The notes: generated by a model not told the origin, from the letters alone. A DNA stretch of 64,000 nucleotides from an uncultured Gammaproteobacteria bacterium (GCA_902826485.1 CADEEZ010000002.1:18077-82076), one strand, 5' to 3'; counted from the first letter of the stretch, positions 34,601 through 47,300 are shown. Numbers and translations: made by a program.

Positions 34601-37325
34601 GTTATTTCAATCGGTTTTTGGTAGCCGAAATCAGCGTTTAATTAAACACTATTATAAATTGGTTGCTAAAATTAACCAGTTTGAACCCACGTTTGAGCAA
34701 TTGTCTGATGCAGAATTATTTGCTAAAACAGCTGAATTCAGAGGCAGAGTGCAAAAAGGCGAAACACTCGATGCGCTTTTGCCAGAAGCATTTGGCGCTG
34801 TGCGTGAGGCCAGTAAACGATCTTTAGGGCTCCGTCATTTCGATGTGCAGCTCATTGGTGGCATGGTGATACATCAAGGTAAAATTGCTGAAATGGGCAC
34901 GGGGGAAGGAAAAACCCTCATGGCTACTTTGGCAGCCTATTTAAATACGCTTGATGGTAAATCTGTTCACGTGGTGACGATTAATGATTATTTGGCCAAA
35001 CGGGATGCAGATTGGATGGCACCTGTTTATCGGGCATTAGGTTTAACCGTTGGGGTAGTGATTCCAAAGTTATCTTATGTTGAGAAAAAAGATGCTTATC
35101 TCAAAGACGTGATTTATGCGACCAATAATGAACTTGGGTTTGATTATTTACGTAATAAAATGGCCTATAGCTTAGAGGAATGGACACAAAAAGAATTGTC
35201 TTTCGCTATTGTCGATGAAGTAGATTCTATTTTAATTGACGAAGCGAGAACGCCTTTAATTATTTCGGGCCCGATTGATGACAGTTCCGATTTATATCTT
35301 CAAATAGATAAAGTCGTCCCGCTGTTAACCCGTCAAACAGAAAAAGAAGGCCCTGGCGATTATTCTATTGATGAAAAAACACGACAAGTGTTTTTAACTG
35401 AAGAAGGGCATCATCAAGCAGAAAGTATTTTAGCCAAAGCGGGTTTATTAGCCCCCAATAGCAAAAACTTATACGATCCCGCCAATTTAACTTTATTACA
35501 TCATTTAAATGCCAGCTTACGTGCCCATGCAGTTTATAAAAAAGACGTCGATTATTTAGTGCAAGATGATAAAGTCGTGATAGTGGATGAGCATACCGGC
35601 AGAACGATGGCGGGTAGACGTTGGTCTGAAGGGCTTCATCAAGCTATTGAAGCCAAAGAAGGTGTGGCCATTCAAAGCGAAAATCAAACCCTTGCGTCTA
35701 TTACTTTTCAGAATTTTTTCAGGCTATACGATAAATTATCCGGTATGACGGGTACTGCGGATACGGAAGCGTACGAATTTCATCAAATCTATGGTTTAGA
35801 AGTGGTGGTGATTCCGACCAATAGGCCGTGTCAGCGTCAAGACAATGTGGATATGATCTATCTTACCAAAGATGAGAAATTTTCCGCCATTATAGATGAA
35901 ATCAAAGAATGTATAGAACAGAAACGACCTGCTCTTGTGGGCACGGCTTCTATTGAAACATCTGAATATTTATCTGGTTTATTGCAAAAACAAAATATTA
36001 AGCACCAAGTATTAAATGCAAAATATCATGCCCAAGAAGCAGAAATTATTGCAGAGGCTGGCAGAGCAGGCGCCATCACAATCGCGACGAATATGGCCGG
36101 TAGAGGGACAGATATTGTACTGGGTGGGAGCTTAGATGCAGAATTAAAACGCAACCCGAATGCCACTACAGAACAAATTCAGCAGCTTAAAGCCGAGTGG
36201 CAAAAACGTCATGATGACATTGTTGCCAGAGGTGGTTTGCATATTTTGGGCACCGAAAGACATGAATCTCGCCGAATTGATAATCAATTAAGAGGCAGAG
36301 CAGGGCGTCAAGGTGATCCTGGTTCTTCTCGTTTTTATTTATCCCTAGAAGACAATTTAATGCGTATTTTTGCCTCTGACAAAATGGGAGGATTAATGCG
36401 TCGTTTGGGTGTTAAACAAGGCGAATCGATTACCCATCCTTGGGTTTCTCGTGCTATTGAGAATGCCCAGCGTAAAGTGGAAGGCCATAATTTTGATATC
36501 CGTAAACAATTGCTAGAATATGATAACGTTGCCAACGATCAACGTACCGTTATCTATCAAGAACGAGATCATTTGCTAGAGGTTGAGCAAGTAACAGACA
36601 ATATTCAATCGATGATTGATACCGTCATGTCAGAAGTGATTTCTGAGTATATTCCGCCTCATAGTTTAGAAGATCAATGGAATGTGACAGGGCTTGAGCA
36701 ATGTCTTGCAAACGAGTTTAGATTAGATTTACCTATTCAAATTTGGTTAAAAGACAATACGCAACTTCATGAAGAACCTTTGCGTCAAAAAATTATGGAA
36801 GCGGCGCATGTGCATTATGAGGCACAGCAACAATTGGGTGGCCAAGAATTATTCCAACGATTTGAAAAATCGGTTCTGTTAAATAGTCTGGACACACATT
36901 GGAAAGAACATTTAGCCGCCATGGATTATCTCAGACAATCCATAGGGCTAAGAGGCTACGCACAAAAAGATCCTAAACAAGAATATAAGCGTGAAGCCTT
37001 TAACTTATTTACGAGTATGTTGGAAAATTTAAAACGAGATGTTATTAGCACTTTATTTAGAGTCGAAGTAAGAGCCAAAGAAGATGTTGAGGCCATTGAT
37101 CATGCTCGTCAGGAAGCCGGGGAGCGCCCAATGGATTTTCAACATGCGAATCCTTCTAAAATTTCTGAAAAAATGTCAGCGCCAAATGATATCATTAATG
37201 AGGCAAATCAGGCTCAAGTGCTTGATTTGGGCCCTAAAGTATCACGCAATCAGGAATGTCCTTGTGGCTCGGGTAAAAAATATAAGTATTGCCACGGGCT
37301 GTTGGATCATGAGCAACCAGCCTAA
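34590..37325 (+). CDS. secA: Preprotein translocase ATPase SecA
   Basis: Walker [14 protein letters not shown]-like [35 protein letters not shown] and [11 protein letters not shown] motifs. The C-terminal zinc-finger tail is [14 protein letters not shown]. Length is 911 aa. Confidence 0.97.
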   Translation: MINKLFQSVFGSRNQRLIKHYYKLVAKINQFEPTFEQLSDAELFAKTAEFRGRVQKGETLDALLPEAFGAVREASKRSLGLRHFDVQLIGGMVIHQGKIAEMGTGEGKTLMATLAAYLNTLDGKSVHVVTINDYLAKRDADWMAPVYRALGLTVGVVIPKLSYVEKKDAYLKDVIYATNNELGFDYLRNKMAYSLEEWTQKELSFAIVDEVDSILIDEARTPLIISGPIDDSSDLYLQIDKVVPLLTRQTEKEGPGDYSIDEKTRQVFLTEEGHHQAESILAKAGLLAPNSKNLYDPANLTLLHHLNASLRAHAVYKKDVDYLVQDDKVVIVDEHTGRTMAGRRWSEGLHQAIEAKEGVAIQSENQTLASITFQNFFRLYDKLSGMTGTADTEAYEFHQIYGLEVVVIPTNRPCQRQDNVDMIYLTKDEKFSAIIDEIKECIEQKRPALVGTASIETSEYLSGLLQKQNIKHQVLNAKYHAQEAEIIAEAGRAGAITIATNMAGRGTDIVLGGSLDAELKRNPNATTEQIQQLKAEWQKRHDDIVARGGLHILGTERHESRRIDNQLRGRAGRQGDPGSSRFYLSLEDNLMRIFASDKMGGLMRRLGVKQGESITHPWVSRAIENAQRKVEGHNFDIRKQLLEYDNVANDQRTVIYQERDHLLEVEQVTDNIQSMIDTVMSEVISEYIPPHSLEDQWNVTGLEQCLANEFRLDLPIQIWLKDNTQLHEEPLRQKIMEAAHVHYEAQQQLGGQELFQRFEKSVLLNSLDTHWKEHLAAMDYLRQSIGLRGYAQKDPKQEYKREAFNLFTSMLENLKRDVISTLFRVEVRAKEDVEAIDHARQEAGERPMDFQHANPSKISEKMSAPNDIINEANQAQVLDLGPKVSRNQECPCGSGKKYKYCHGLLDHEQPA

Positions 37326-37731
37326 TATTTCACCTAGCATTACTAAAGTTGTCGTTGGGGTTTTATATAACAATCAAAATCAAATTTTGATTGCTAAAAG
37401 ACCTCTTCACAAACCTTTTGGTGGTTTGTGGGAGTTTCCAGGGGGGAAAATAGAACCCGATGAATCTCCTTCATCGGCTTTAGATCGTGAGCTTTCAGAA
37501 GAACTTCAAATTAATTTGCAAGGTGATTTTGCTTTGCTTAAGCCTTTTCATGAAATTGCGTATGCTTATCAGCCAACGCAACATATTCATCTGATGATTT
37601 TTAAAATTACTGCGTTTAAAGGCGATCCGATTGGCGCAGAAGGCCAAGAAATAAAATGGGTTCAACCAAAGGATTTAGTTAATTATCCTTTTCCTGCAGC
37701 TAACCAAGAAATTGTTGAATTATTGATATAA
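37309..37731 (+). CDS. mutT: Nudix hydrolase, 8-oxo-dGTP diphosphatase (MutT-type)
   Basis: Nudix box [29 protein letters not shown]. The ATG at 37309 overlaps the last 17 nt of secA. The canonical secA-mutT adjacency is present. The upstream part of the track ORF (37084-37308) is out-of-frame secA sequence. Confidence 0.85.
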   Translation: MSNQPNISPSITKVVVGVLYNNQNQILIAKRPLHKPFGGLWEFPGGKIEPDESPSSALDRELSEELQINLQGDFALLKPFHEIAYAYQPTQHIHLMIFKITAFKGDPIGAEGQEIKWVQPKDLVNYPFPAANQEIVELLI

Positions 37732-37766
37732 AATTTCCCAATATAAAAATAAAAAGGAGTAGGGTG

Positions 37767-38459
37767 ATGCGTGAAAAAATCACGAAAGTATCTTTAATTG
37801 TAGATGAATTTATAAATTACCTGGGTTCCAAACAAAGCGATCCCCGGAGCTGGTACTTTGCTTTAGTTCAGGTGATGAGACACAATGCTGTCGCAACACT
37901 CAAAAAGTTAGATCATTTGGATAGATATCTTTTGTATTGTCTCAAAAATAATAGTAATCCTGCTGAGTTCGTGGAGAATAAACTCTTAGAATATGCAGGT
38001 AGAGTGCAAGAAGTCATACAAAGTTGTTTGCTTCATGAACAATTAGAATATAGAGTCGCCAGCCCTTCTTATTCGACTATTGTAAAACAAAAAAGTGATT
38101 TATTAGAACAGTTAAGTCAAAAATTAAAAGAAGTCATTCAATTCCCTGCTAACAACCTAAATTATCCTAAAAAACACTGGTTAAGTGAAGAATGGAAAAA
38201 AGTTGAAGCAGGGCTTCATGGCAAAACCGCTATGGAGCTGACCCTTGAAAATAAAAATGAAGATAGCATTCAATTTTTTCAAACACTTATGTTTACTGAA
38301 AAGCACAGAAAGCCCGTGATCATGGTCACAAGTAAAACAAGGGCACTGAATCAAGATTTTGGAAAAAGCCTAAAAAAAGCAGCGGAAGAGGCTGATTGTC
38401 AAAATGCATTTGCTTTGGCGCTTGTTTCTTCACTTCCCGCAAAAAAATCTAAGCTTTAA
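37767..38459 (+). CDS. Hypothetical protein, paralogue A of a tandem pair
   Basis: AAGGAG RBS 7 nt upstream of the ATG at 37767. Shares the blocks EY.GRVQE.IQSCL..E.L.Y and KHWLSEEWKK.EAGL with 38492-39163. It ends KKSKL. Confidence 0.6.
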   Translation: MREKITKVSLIVDEFINYLGSKQSDPRSWYFALVQVMRHNAVATLKKLDHLDRYLLYCLKNNSNPAEFVENKLLEYAGRVQEVIQSCLLHEQLEYRVASPSYSTIVKQKSDLLEQLSQKLKEVIQFPANNLNYPKKHWLSEEWKKVEAGLHGKTAMELTLENKNEDSIQFFQTLMFTEKHRKPVIMVTSKTRALNQDFGKSLKKAAEEADCQNAFALALVSSLPAKKSKL

Positions 38460-38491
38460 TAAATTTTATTATCATATCAAGGAGTTTGTAA

Positions 38492-39163
38492 ATGAAAAAT
38501 AAAATTAAAAATCTTGAAGAGATAGTTGTTGAATTTGTCACTTATCTTGAAAGCCCCCCTGGTGATGCTCAAGATTGCCAAATCGCTTTGACAGAAATAA
38601 TAAGACAAAATGCCTTAGATACCATTAATAAATTAAAAAAATTGCATAAATTGGCAGAGGCTAATCCCGAACCCAGTAAAACACTAGAAAAACGCGTTTA
38701 TACCAAATTAATTGAATATATTTCTAGAGTGCAAGAAGCGGTTCAAAGTTGCTTGTATCGTGAATATTTAGCCTATAAAGCAAATGAGACTGATTCGCAA
38801 TTAGATAAATATAAAGTTTTAAAAACAATAGGTGAAAAATTAGTTCAGGTACTTCCTCTGTCATCTAATGTGGCGATGAATCCAGAAAAACATTGGCTAA
38901 GTGAACAATGGAAAAAAGCCGATGCAGGCCTACAAATGCAAACTGCTATAAATGTTTTGAAGACCAATCCAGATGATTTGCTCGAAACTTTGTTTAAAAC
39001 CGTTGTATTTAGCGAAATGCAAAGACAAGCCGTTACCAAAACAACGAGAAAAACAGTAGAATTTACTAAAGCAAATCCAAAAGCAGAAAATGAAATAAAT
39101 ACTTTATACTACAAAAGTATTTCTGCATTTGAATGGGCTTTACGTAAAAGGGCTAAACTTTAG
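38492..39163 (+). CDS. Hypothetical protein, paralogue B of a tandem pair
   Basis: Collinear with 37767-38459 (EYISRVQEAVQSCLYREYLAYK; KHWLSEQWKKADAGLQ). An AAGGAG RBS lies upstream. It ends RKRAKL. Confidence 0.6.
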   Translation: MKNKIKNLEEIVVEFVTYLESPPGDAQDCQIALTEIIRQNALDTINKLKKLHKLAEANPEPSKTLEKRVYTKLIEYISRVQEAVQSCLYREYLAYKANETDSQLDKYKVLKTIGEKLVQVLPLSSNVAMNPEKHWLSEQWKKADAGLQMQTAINVLKTNPDDLLETLFKTVVFSEMQRQAVTKTTRKTVEFTKANPKAENEINTLYYKSISAFEWALRKRAKL

Positions 39164-39180
39164 TCCATCCTTTTTTATTA

Positions 39181-39954
39181 TTATATCCCGCAGCAAGTTA
39201 AATCAAACTTAATTTCTTCTTTGGTTTGGCTTGCGCTGCCTTTTTCTAAGTCGGTGCTTAGCATTCGGATGCTAATACGGTGTTTGCTGCCGCTCACTTC
39301 GGGATGCAAATTTAAATGATGGTGCAAACCCACTCGAATAAGCTGACTTGGATGTACAGGATTCAAAGATTTTTGAAACAAGCCATTTGTGGCGATTTCT
39401 TTTTTGGGTATACCGCTTTGACGGATTAATCCTAATAAATACACAACAGCTTCTTGAAGGATTTTAATGGGGCCTAACCAGCTGTCTAATGTTTCTAAAC
39501 GGGTCTCATAATTAAGATTGAGCCAATAGTGGTATTGAGGTAAATCGAAGCTACAGGTTCCCCCAGGAATAGCTTGGCGTTGTCTTACGCTATTTAAAAA
39601 TTCATTTTCAGTAAAGGGCGCATCTAATCGACTGGCAATGGGTTGTAAAAAGTTAATGTAATATTGCAATTTTTCGATTACAGAAGAGAGGGTGCTGCGA
39701 TTAATGGAGGGTGTATCTGATAATCTTTGTAAATGCCCTAACTGTCTATCCATTTCTTTAATTAATTCATTGGCTAGATCGGTACGTTCAAGCAAGTTAA
39801 CGATATCCATGAGCGCATGAATGGCTGAGCGAGCTTGCCAAGCATGATTTAGTTTAACGTCATGCATGAATTGTTGAAATAGATACTCGACGCGGAGCAA
39901 AGTTCGCATCCGTTCGTTTAATGGAAACTCATAGGTCAATAACTGACTTACCAT
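39181..39954 (-). CDS. zapD: Cell division protein ZapD (YacF/DUF1342)
   Basis: The N-terminus YEFPLNERMRTLLRVEYLF matches the conserved ZapD start (YEHPLNEKMRT..R.E.L). Length is about 250 aa. It sits in the mutT ... coaE neighbourhood as in other gammaproteobacteria. Confidence 0.8.
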   Translation of the reverse strand: MVSQLLTYEFPLNERMRTLLRVEYLFQQFMHDVKLNHAWQARSAIHALMDIVNLLERTDLANELIKEMDRQLGHLQRLSDTPSINRSTLSSVIEKLQYYINFLQPIASRLDAPFTENEFLNSVRQRQAIPGGTCSFDLPQYHYWLNLNYETRLETLDSWLGPIKILQEAVVYLLGLIRQSGIPKKEIATNGLFQKSLNPVHPSQLIRVGLHHHLNLHPEVSGSKHRISIRMLSTDLEKGSASQTKEEIKFDLTCCGI

Positions 39955-40036
39955 ACGATCCCTCGTCTTTGGTATTAGCGAAAATATGTCTATATGGTAT
40001 CAACTTAGCACAAATAAACAAAACAAATCAAAATAT

Positions 40037-41316
40037 AACTTGGACACCCATAATAATTATAAATATAAATCGGACACCCAAAGTAGTGATTAAGGTAAAA
40101 GAGATATGGATATAAGTAGTTAGCACATTTTGATTATTTGTATTACGCAAATTCAGCATAAATAGATAAAGCTGAATAAAGTATCAGCTCAGGCATTTTG
40201 TAGATTTCAGAAATGGCAAATTAGAGAAAGAGTACCTTTAAAAGGTGGAGCTTAAATAACATTGTTTGGAAATAGTTTTACCTACTGGGGCACGCACTCT
40301 ATGTTTTTTTGCAAAATTATCAAATCGAAGATGATTGCCCAAAACATGACAAAAATTAGTTTCAAGATTTTGCACGATATGTAACCAACCTTTAGGAGAT
40401 AAGTTTAATCGAGTTAAAATGGCCTGATGATGATTTAAAATATAACCTGGTTTATCTTCTCTTAAAATTCTACCTGTTGTATCGACTAACTGTAAATAAT
40501 CTGAAAAAGTAAAATCGATCGTGGGTAAGGGATGAGAAGAATCCGCATCAGAAAATGGCATTAATTCAAGTGGTTGTTCGTGATTTTTTTCAGCTTGCTG
40601 AGGCATCGATAATGTATTGTACGCAGTTTGGATGCGTTCATATATAGACGTAAATTCAGATTCTTCAGGGGTATTAGCCTGTTTAGCTCGAATAGGATTT
40701 AAATCAACATAAGCCATAGCACTTAACACGGCCCCTTCATCTAATAAAGCTTGAGATTTAAATCTGCCTTGCCAAAATCTGCCATCAAGTCCATCTTCTT
40801 CATTTGAGCGACGAGCGATATTTTCATTTAGGCAACGCATGAACCAACTTATGCTTGAGAGCCTGTTTCTGAGCTCAAGGATTTCGTTTTCAGCTAGGTC
40901 TGCGGGTAAACTGTTAATTTCTTTGGCTCTTGTTGGGCCAAATAATCTTGTCCAATGAGATAAAACGTCATCTGCTGACCAGTTTTGAGCCATATCTGTG
41001 TTCACATATAACACCAGATGATAATGATTACTCATTATGGCATAGGCACATATATGGATCGCAAAAATACTTGAAAGGAACTTAATGCGATCGATGAGCC
41101 ATTGTTTTCGATGGCTGTAATCTTGGCCCGAGTCTTTATCAATGCCACATAAATATGAACGACGAACACATCGGCTCATTAAGTGATAATACTGAGTGAC
41201 TGAATAATCTACTTGTGCTGCTCGAGCTGTTGGCACGATATATCCTTATATACTTACCATTATGGATATCTTAACTACTCATAACAGAATGTCAACTTGT
41301 TATGGGTGTCCAAGTT
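40037..41316. mobile_element. HUH-transposase unit bracketed by perfect 17-bp inverted repeats (IS- or RAYT/REP-like)
   Basis: AACTTGGACACCCATAA at 40037-40053 and its exact reverse complement TTATGGGTGTCCAAGTT at 41300-41316 flank the single transposase ORF. A second, imperfect direct copy (AATCGGACACCCAAAGT) lies at 40067-40083, and a solo copy (CGGACACCCATA) at 56644-56655. Confidence 0.5.
40238..41236 (-). CDS. HUH-superfamily Y1 transposase-like protein (IS200/RAYT-related, long form)
   Basis: HUH motif in AIMSNHYHLVLYV. The downstream AMAYVDLNPIRA block is like the Y...NP.RA catalytic-Tyr region of COG1943/RayT-type proteins. Length is 332 aa. Confidence 0.75.
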   Translation of the reverse strand: MPTARAAQVDYSVTQYYHLMSRCVRRSYLCGIDKDSGQDYSHRKQWLIDRIKFLSSIFAIHICAYAIMSNHYHLVLYVNTDMAQNWSADDVLSHWTRLFGPTRAKEINSLPADLAENEILELRNRLSSISWFMRCLNENIARRSNEEDGLDGRFWQGRFKSQALLDEGAVLSAMAYVDLNPIRAKQANTPEESEFTSIYERIQTAYNTLSMPQQAEKNHEQPLELMPFSDADSSHPLPTIDFTFSDYLQLVDTTGRILREDKPGYILNHHQAILTRLNLSPKGWLHIVQNLETNFCHVLGNHLRFDNFAKKHRVRAPVGKTISKQCYLSSTF

Positions 41317-44300
41317 ATTTTTGGTTGCGTTGGGTGGGGAGCTGGGTGGGTTGTTGGGGGTTAATTTTAGCGTCCATATTTTGGCCGGGGAATTTATCAT
41401 TTAGTTTTTGTTTTAAGTGATCAGTTAATTCTCTTTTAACTTCTTCAGGCAAACGCTCAGAAATTTTAAAAGTAGAAATCGGGGTTGCTGACGCGACAAT
41501 TTTATCGATGGCAGCCTTGGCAGCTACTTTAAACCCTTCAGAAGTGACAACTACCCCTTGTGCCATAGTAATGCGTCCGTTTGGAGCAGGTTTGCTTTCT
41601 AATTGAACTTGGACCATCATTTTATTGGTTTGAAGGTCATGAAAATCTTGAGTCACCATCTTAGGTTTATTGATAATAGGTGGCTCAGATCCATTTGTAG
41701 GTGAAATAGGGATGACAGAAGAAGATGTCGAGTTAACTGTTGGTGTCTCTTGTTTAGATTGCGAATTAACTAATTCAATAATCGTTCTATGAGGCGAAAT
41801 TTGGTTTGCTAAAAAACTAAACGGTTTTTTATAAAAAGCCACTTTTTCTGTTGATTTAGGCGCTACAGTAATAGGTGTAATTGTTGCTTGGAGCGTTAAA
41901 TTATATAAACCTTCACGTGCTTGTATAGACTGAATAAGTTTAATCTTGTCTCCTAAGTTGGCTTTCAGAGTTTCACTTGGTATTATCATTTGCAAAGATT
42001 TAAGTTGTGAAACAATTTTACCAGGATCATTATTATCGTTCATTAAAACAGATATTTTTTGATCGCACAGAGAAGGAATAATAGAATGTTCGGCGTATTT
42101 GAATTTTATATAATTGACGAGTATATTCGCCTCGTTTAGTTCAGCTGCATAGGCTTTTTCTAAAGTAGGTTTATCTCCAGTGGCAATAATTCCCGCCATG
42201 ATATTATCTAATTTTTTATGATAACTGTTACCCGATGCAATAGGTTTAATCTTTTTCTCAGCATCACCAAAGTAAGTAATTTTTCTTTGCTCTACAACTT
42301 TGCTGAGCAAGTCTTCAACTGTAGGAACTGAACTATCTTTAAGTGTATTATGAAGTTCTTTAAACATCTGATTCGTAATCACAGAAAGCTCTGCGGATAG
42401 TTTTTTGCTCGAAGGGTTTATAATTGAACGTTTTTTTTGTTCTCGAACCAATTGTTGATTAATTTTGACAATGACTCTGTCTGGCATACTGACTTGATTT
42501 GATACCCCATATTTTATGCTTCGATCGTTAGAATTAAATTGTTCAAACTCCTGAGGGGTTATGCCAAAACCTGCGAGTCTGCTTGAAAAGTTTTGTTGAT
42601 ATATAAGAAGCACATCAAACCTATTAAAACGAATAAAATCACCACAACGTGTTTTATACGAATTAAGTATCACTTCTTTCATTAATTTTTTATTTTCGGT
42701 GTCTGGCGATTTGTCTAGATGCCATTTGAGTGTTTGTTCAAGCTTTTGTCTTAAAACCAAATATTCAGATAATTTCATGCTCCTTGGAGACGTTAACACG
42801 CCTTCAGCATGTGCATGGTTAATTGCATTGTAAAGAATCGAAATCTTTTGTTCCAAAGGCATATTCTCGGTAAAGTTAGGATATAAATTTTTAGAGACGT
42901 GATTTTTCTTAAAGGAAGCGAGCGTTTCTTTGTAAAGTGCATCAATTTCAGATTCTGTGGCTTTATTAACTAAAGCTTGAGAAGGCTTGTCAAAAACTTT
43001 GCAAACCAGTTTGTCAGGGTTTATATTAGTTGATAATCTTCTAGATACACTTTCGGTGGTAGGTTTAGGTTCTCTTGTTGTATGCGCTTTTTTAATAATT
43101 TTGTTTGCTTCAAAAGGTAAACTGTTTATATCGATTGCTTTTGCAGCAGGATGTTTTTCTAAAATTTTATCATATCCTTGGGTTTTGTTATCCCAATCTT
43201 TATTAGCGTGCGAAAGTAAAGCAGTTGCCAATTCATTGATATCGACCTTTTTATCTGAAGCCAATAATTCTGCTTTTTTAAGATCTAAGTCTAATAACAC
43301 GGTTTCCCAATTTTTTAATAAACCAATTCGATATGAATCAGCATCACTAAACTCGAGTGCTTTCATGTCTATGTGATCAAATTTACGATCTTCTACTTTT
43401 TCTTTGTTCATTTCAATAGCATGCTTACTTCGTTCAGCATTATAATGATCATCCATATTATCTTTAAGCAATAACATTTTATTAAAATATAAATTTCGAA
43501 TATCACCCAACACTTCTGTTTGTTGACGTTGATCTTTGGCTGTATAATTTCTTTTTTCTCTGATTTTTTGTACATATTCTTGTACTTTTTTCTTTTTAAT
43601 TTTATCTTCTTGAATATTCACATTGTTCAGATCTTTTTGTAAAGCCTCTCTGCTGATAAGGGTGATGGCTTCGCCCTTGGCGCCTTGTCGACCACTTCTA
43701 CCTGATACCTGCCTTGCAGTACGCTCGGTATCGAGGTAGGAATGAACCACAAATAAGCCATGAGCATGTTTAATATCTTTTTCACTCGTTTCTTCGTTAA
43801 TTTTATCTTCAACGGGTTTAAAATCTGTTCCTCTTCCCAGCATAGGGGTAGAAATAGTGATGGTCCCTGCGATGCTAGCGTGTTTAACAGCGTCTTCTTC
43901 ACTCAACTTCAAGTCAGCATCACCTAGCGGTTTATTAGGTTCAAATTTTTGTTGTGAGGTTGTAATACCTGAAATTAATTGAAGGGTTAGGGGATAGTTT
44001 TTATTAGATTTGAGTAATTCTTTTTGAATAAAAGCATGAAGTGCTTCTGCATCTTTAGGATCTTTACAGATAATTAAAGCGGGCATTTTTTCATTTTTAC
44101 GAATACGTTTTAATATTTCATTAAATATAGCCTGTTTATGCTCACTATCTGAATCTATTAAAATAGGATCACGGGTAATGCGTTGTTCTATTTGATGTGC
44201 AGGAAATGAAAATTGCTTAAAACCAAATTTTTCAGCATGTTCGATTTTTTCACTTTCTGAACCAATTGTTCCGGTCATGCCAAAAATTGTGCCTCCATTC

Positions 44301-47300
44301 TTTGTATAAGAATCAAAGAAATTTTTGCTGGTCATCGAAGCAAGGGCTGATTTTTCAGGATCGATGAGGGCAGGGGGAAATTTTCCCGCTTCAATCAGTT
44401 CTTTATGTTCCTGATTAATTCTAGTATGCACAAATTGATGTACGCCATTACTCCATTGGGCATCTTTAGACACCGTATGATTGGTGATTAATTTTGCGGA
44501 AGATACCTTTTTGCCATTTTTTTCTTCTTCTCTTAAAGTCCAGGCGACATCTTTTTGCTTATATAAAGCCTCTGCTGAGATGGCAGAATTAATCCAGGTA
44601 TCTAATTGCTTGTCAGACATGAATTCTTTATCTTTAATAATGCGAGCATATCTAGAAGGTGCATTTTGCATTAAATAAGCACGAAGATTATCTGGTGTTT
44701 CAGATTGATTGGGATCATCAATGAAATTATTGATAAGAGGATATGCCCATTCAAATATATTTTTGGAAGAGGCTGTAGGGTCTAAACTTGCGGCATATCG
44801 ATATTGGGTTTTGTCATCTAATAAGTAATAATCTATTTCATCTACTTGTAAAGCTCTTTTAGTAGGTAATTGAAAGCCTTCAATTTGAGCACGTTCTAAA
44901 AACATAGCAAATTGTGGCACATCAGATAAATTAATGCCATCTACATTGTAATCGTTGGGATCCATCGACGCTGTCAAAATTTTGGCTTTCACCCCTATGA
45001 AAGCGTAAAAATCTTTGTTTTCATTTAAACCATCTTTTGCTAATTGAAGGTTAGAGGTGGCACTATCAACCGTAAAACCTTCAGCATGTCGCATGGCGGA
45101 ATATAAAGCGGACATAAGTGATTTACCTTGGCCCGTTTGAATTTCAGCGATATTATTACTATTTTGGTTCATCGCATTTAAAATGACCAAAATCTGAGTT
45201 GAGAAAGGGAATCTACCTGTTGAGCGGCCCATGGATTCTCGTAATAGAGCCAAATAGATTAATTTAGCATTATCTCTTTCTTTTTCTGGTTTACCTTCAT
45301 CACGAATAATGTCCCGATATTGAGATAACAGATTTTTTATTTCTGTATCTTCCATATTTTTGATAAAGTTCTTCTTTCCATCAGGGTTTGTTAAATCTAC
45401 CGCTAATTCAACATGTCTACCTAAATGATTGACAATATGAAATTGTTCTTGCAGTTGCTTTTTCTGTGGATAGCTTAAGCCTGTACCATGTTCAAGATTT
45501 TGCATGCTTTCTAAAACACGATTCACTTCTTTTGTATCAAAACGTTTATCTAATGCTTCTGGATCGTTCCTGCTTTTTTCTAGTTTGTCATATAAGCCTT
45601 TTACCACTTCATCCGCTGTTTTATTCTGAGTAATGGCTTCTACAAGTTCCTTACTATCAGGATAGGGTATTTGTATTGGTAAGCTGAGGCCTGCAATTTT
45701 AGATAAAAAATCTGATCGGATGTTTTTATCTGGCATTGTCGATATTTTATCTAATAATTCATTTAATTTATTGTCATATTTCTCTTTATCAATTTTGTCA
45801 GGGTAAGCATAGGTTGTTTTAGATATAATCAGCAGAATATTTTTCTTATCATCCGCAGATAAATCTGCAGTATTACCTAACATTTGTCCTGTTTTGGACA
45901 AATCATCAACTTTACCACCCATCTTAACGTAAAATGTTGATTGTAATTCAGGTGTGTTTCCTACTATATTGGCTATTACACGGATGTTGCTGATTAAATC
46001 AGGAGAAGGGTTTTGAGCAATATTTTCTATGATTTTTATTAATTCATTTTTAGTTTCTTTGTTGTCTAATAAATTTATTAAATTATCGATTTGACTGAGC
46101 TTAATATCTTCATTAGCCGAAATAGTGACAACAGAAGAAATTAAAGAATTTACTTCTTTAACATTTAAACCTAAATTTCTATTATTGATTATTTTGGGAA
46201 TAATCATGTCTTTAATCAATTCATTAATCTTATCGGATTCCATGTCTTTTAACATAGGGTGAGCAAGAATCGTTTGGAGCATGGTGCTAGGGAATTTAGT
46301 TTTATATATTTTAGAGAGAGAATCTGTTAAAGCAGTTAAATTTTCTAAAGATATTTTCTTGACATCGGGACTTTCAGTAATAAATTTCACGCTATTCTTA
46401 TAAGCAACAGGATTGGCTCCCTTAACTAAGGTCAATTTATCAATAAAACCCATTGCTCGTTTTTCATAATCATCTAAAACATTAAGCGATTGTTCTAAAT
46501 GATCTATCCCGCCCTTTAAAGGTAAATTGGCAAAATGTTTTTTATCTAGAAAATTAATTAAGCTATCTGTTTCTGGACTAGGAGTCAAAACATCCTGTTC
46601 ATTTTTAACCCCTAGTTTATTGGCGATATGATCGTTAATATTGTTTGTCGTTCCATCTTTCATCATTGAAAATAGTTGACCTATGGCAACTTTGATGGCT
46701 GCTTGTTTAAGTGGATTGCCTTTTACTGCAATCAATATTTCTTTTATTAATAGTTTGGGATCGTCTCCAAATTCATCTTTCCAAACGACACCTAATTGGT
46801 CTGTTAGCAAGGGTTTAATGTCGTCTAAATTTTCTTGAATTAATAGTTTTAATTTATCCCCATTATATTGTTCTGCTTTTTTAGCAGGGAATACACAACC
46901 GGTAAAACCTGGCGCATTTCTGATAACATCAAAAATTTTATCTTCTGAAGGATTTGGAAGTAAATTAATTTTTTCCACAACCGCTTTTAATTGCTCAAAA
47001 GTAGGGTGAGGGGCATCTTTCCCTCTAAATTTAACAGAGGCTAAAATATCTAGGGTTGAATTAAGTTTATTTCCCTCGACATCTTTTAAGCCTGTAATAA
47101 ATTCTTTAAGCTTATCTTCTTTTAGATCAGGATGGTCAGAATAAGCTAATATTTTGAATAAATTATTACGCTGATCTAATAGGGGAAGAGTCGGGAATGT
47201 ACCATCATCGGCTAAAACATTTGCGATAACAGCAATATTTTTAGCTGCTGCAGCAGTATTGGTTTCAGGTCTATATAAATAATTATTGTCTATTACATCA

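Noticed and set aside
37084-37308. N-terminal 75 codons of the 215-aa track ORF preceding the Nudix domain
   Set aside because: This stretch is an alternative frame of the 3' end of secA. The recognisable MutT sequence begins at the ATG at 37309, giving the usual short secA-mutT overlap.
42987-43376. 129-aa plus-strand ORF, and several 60-90-aa ORFs on both strands, inside the giant gene
   Set aside because: They are embedded in a 9.3-kb uninterrupted minus-strand ORF with clear protein motifs. They show no RBS or conserved features.
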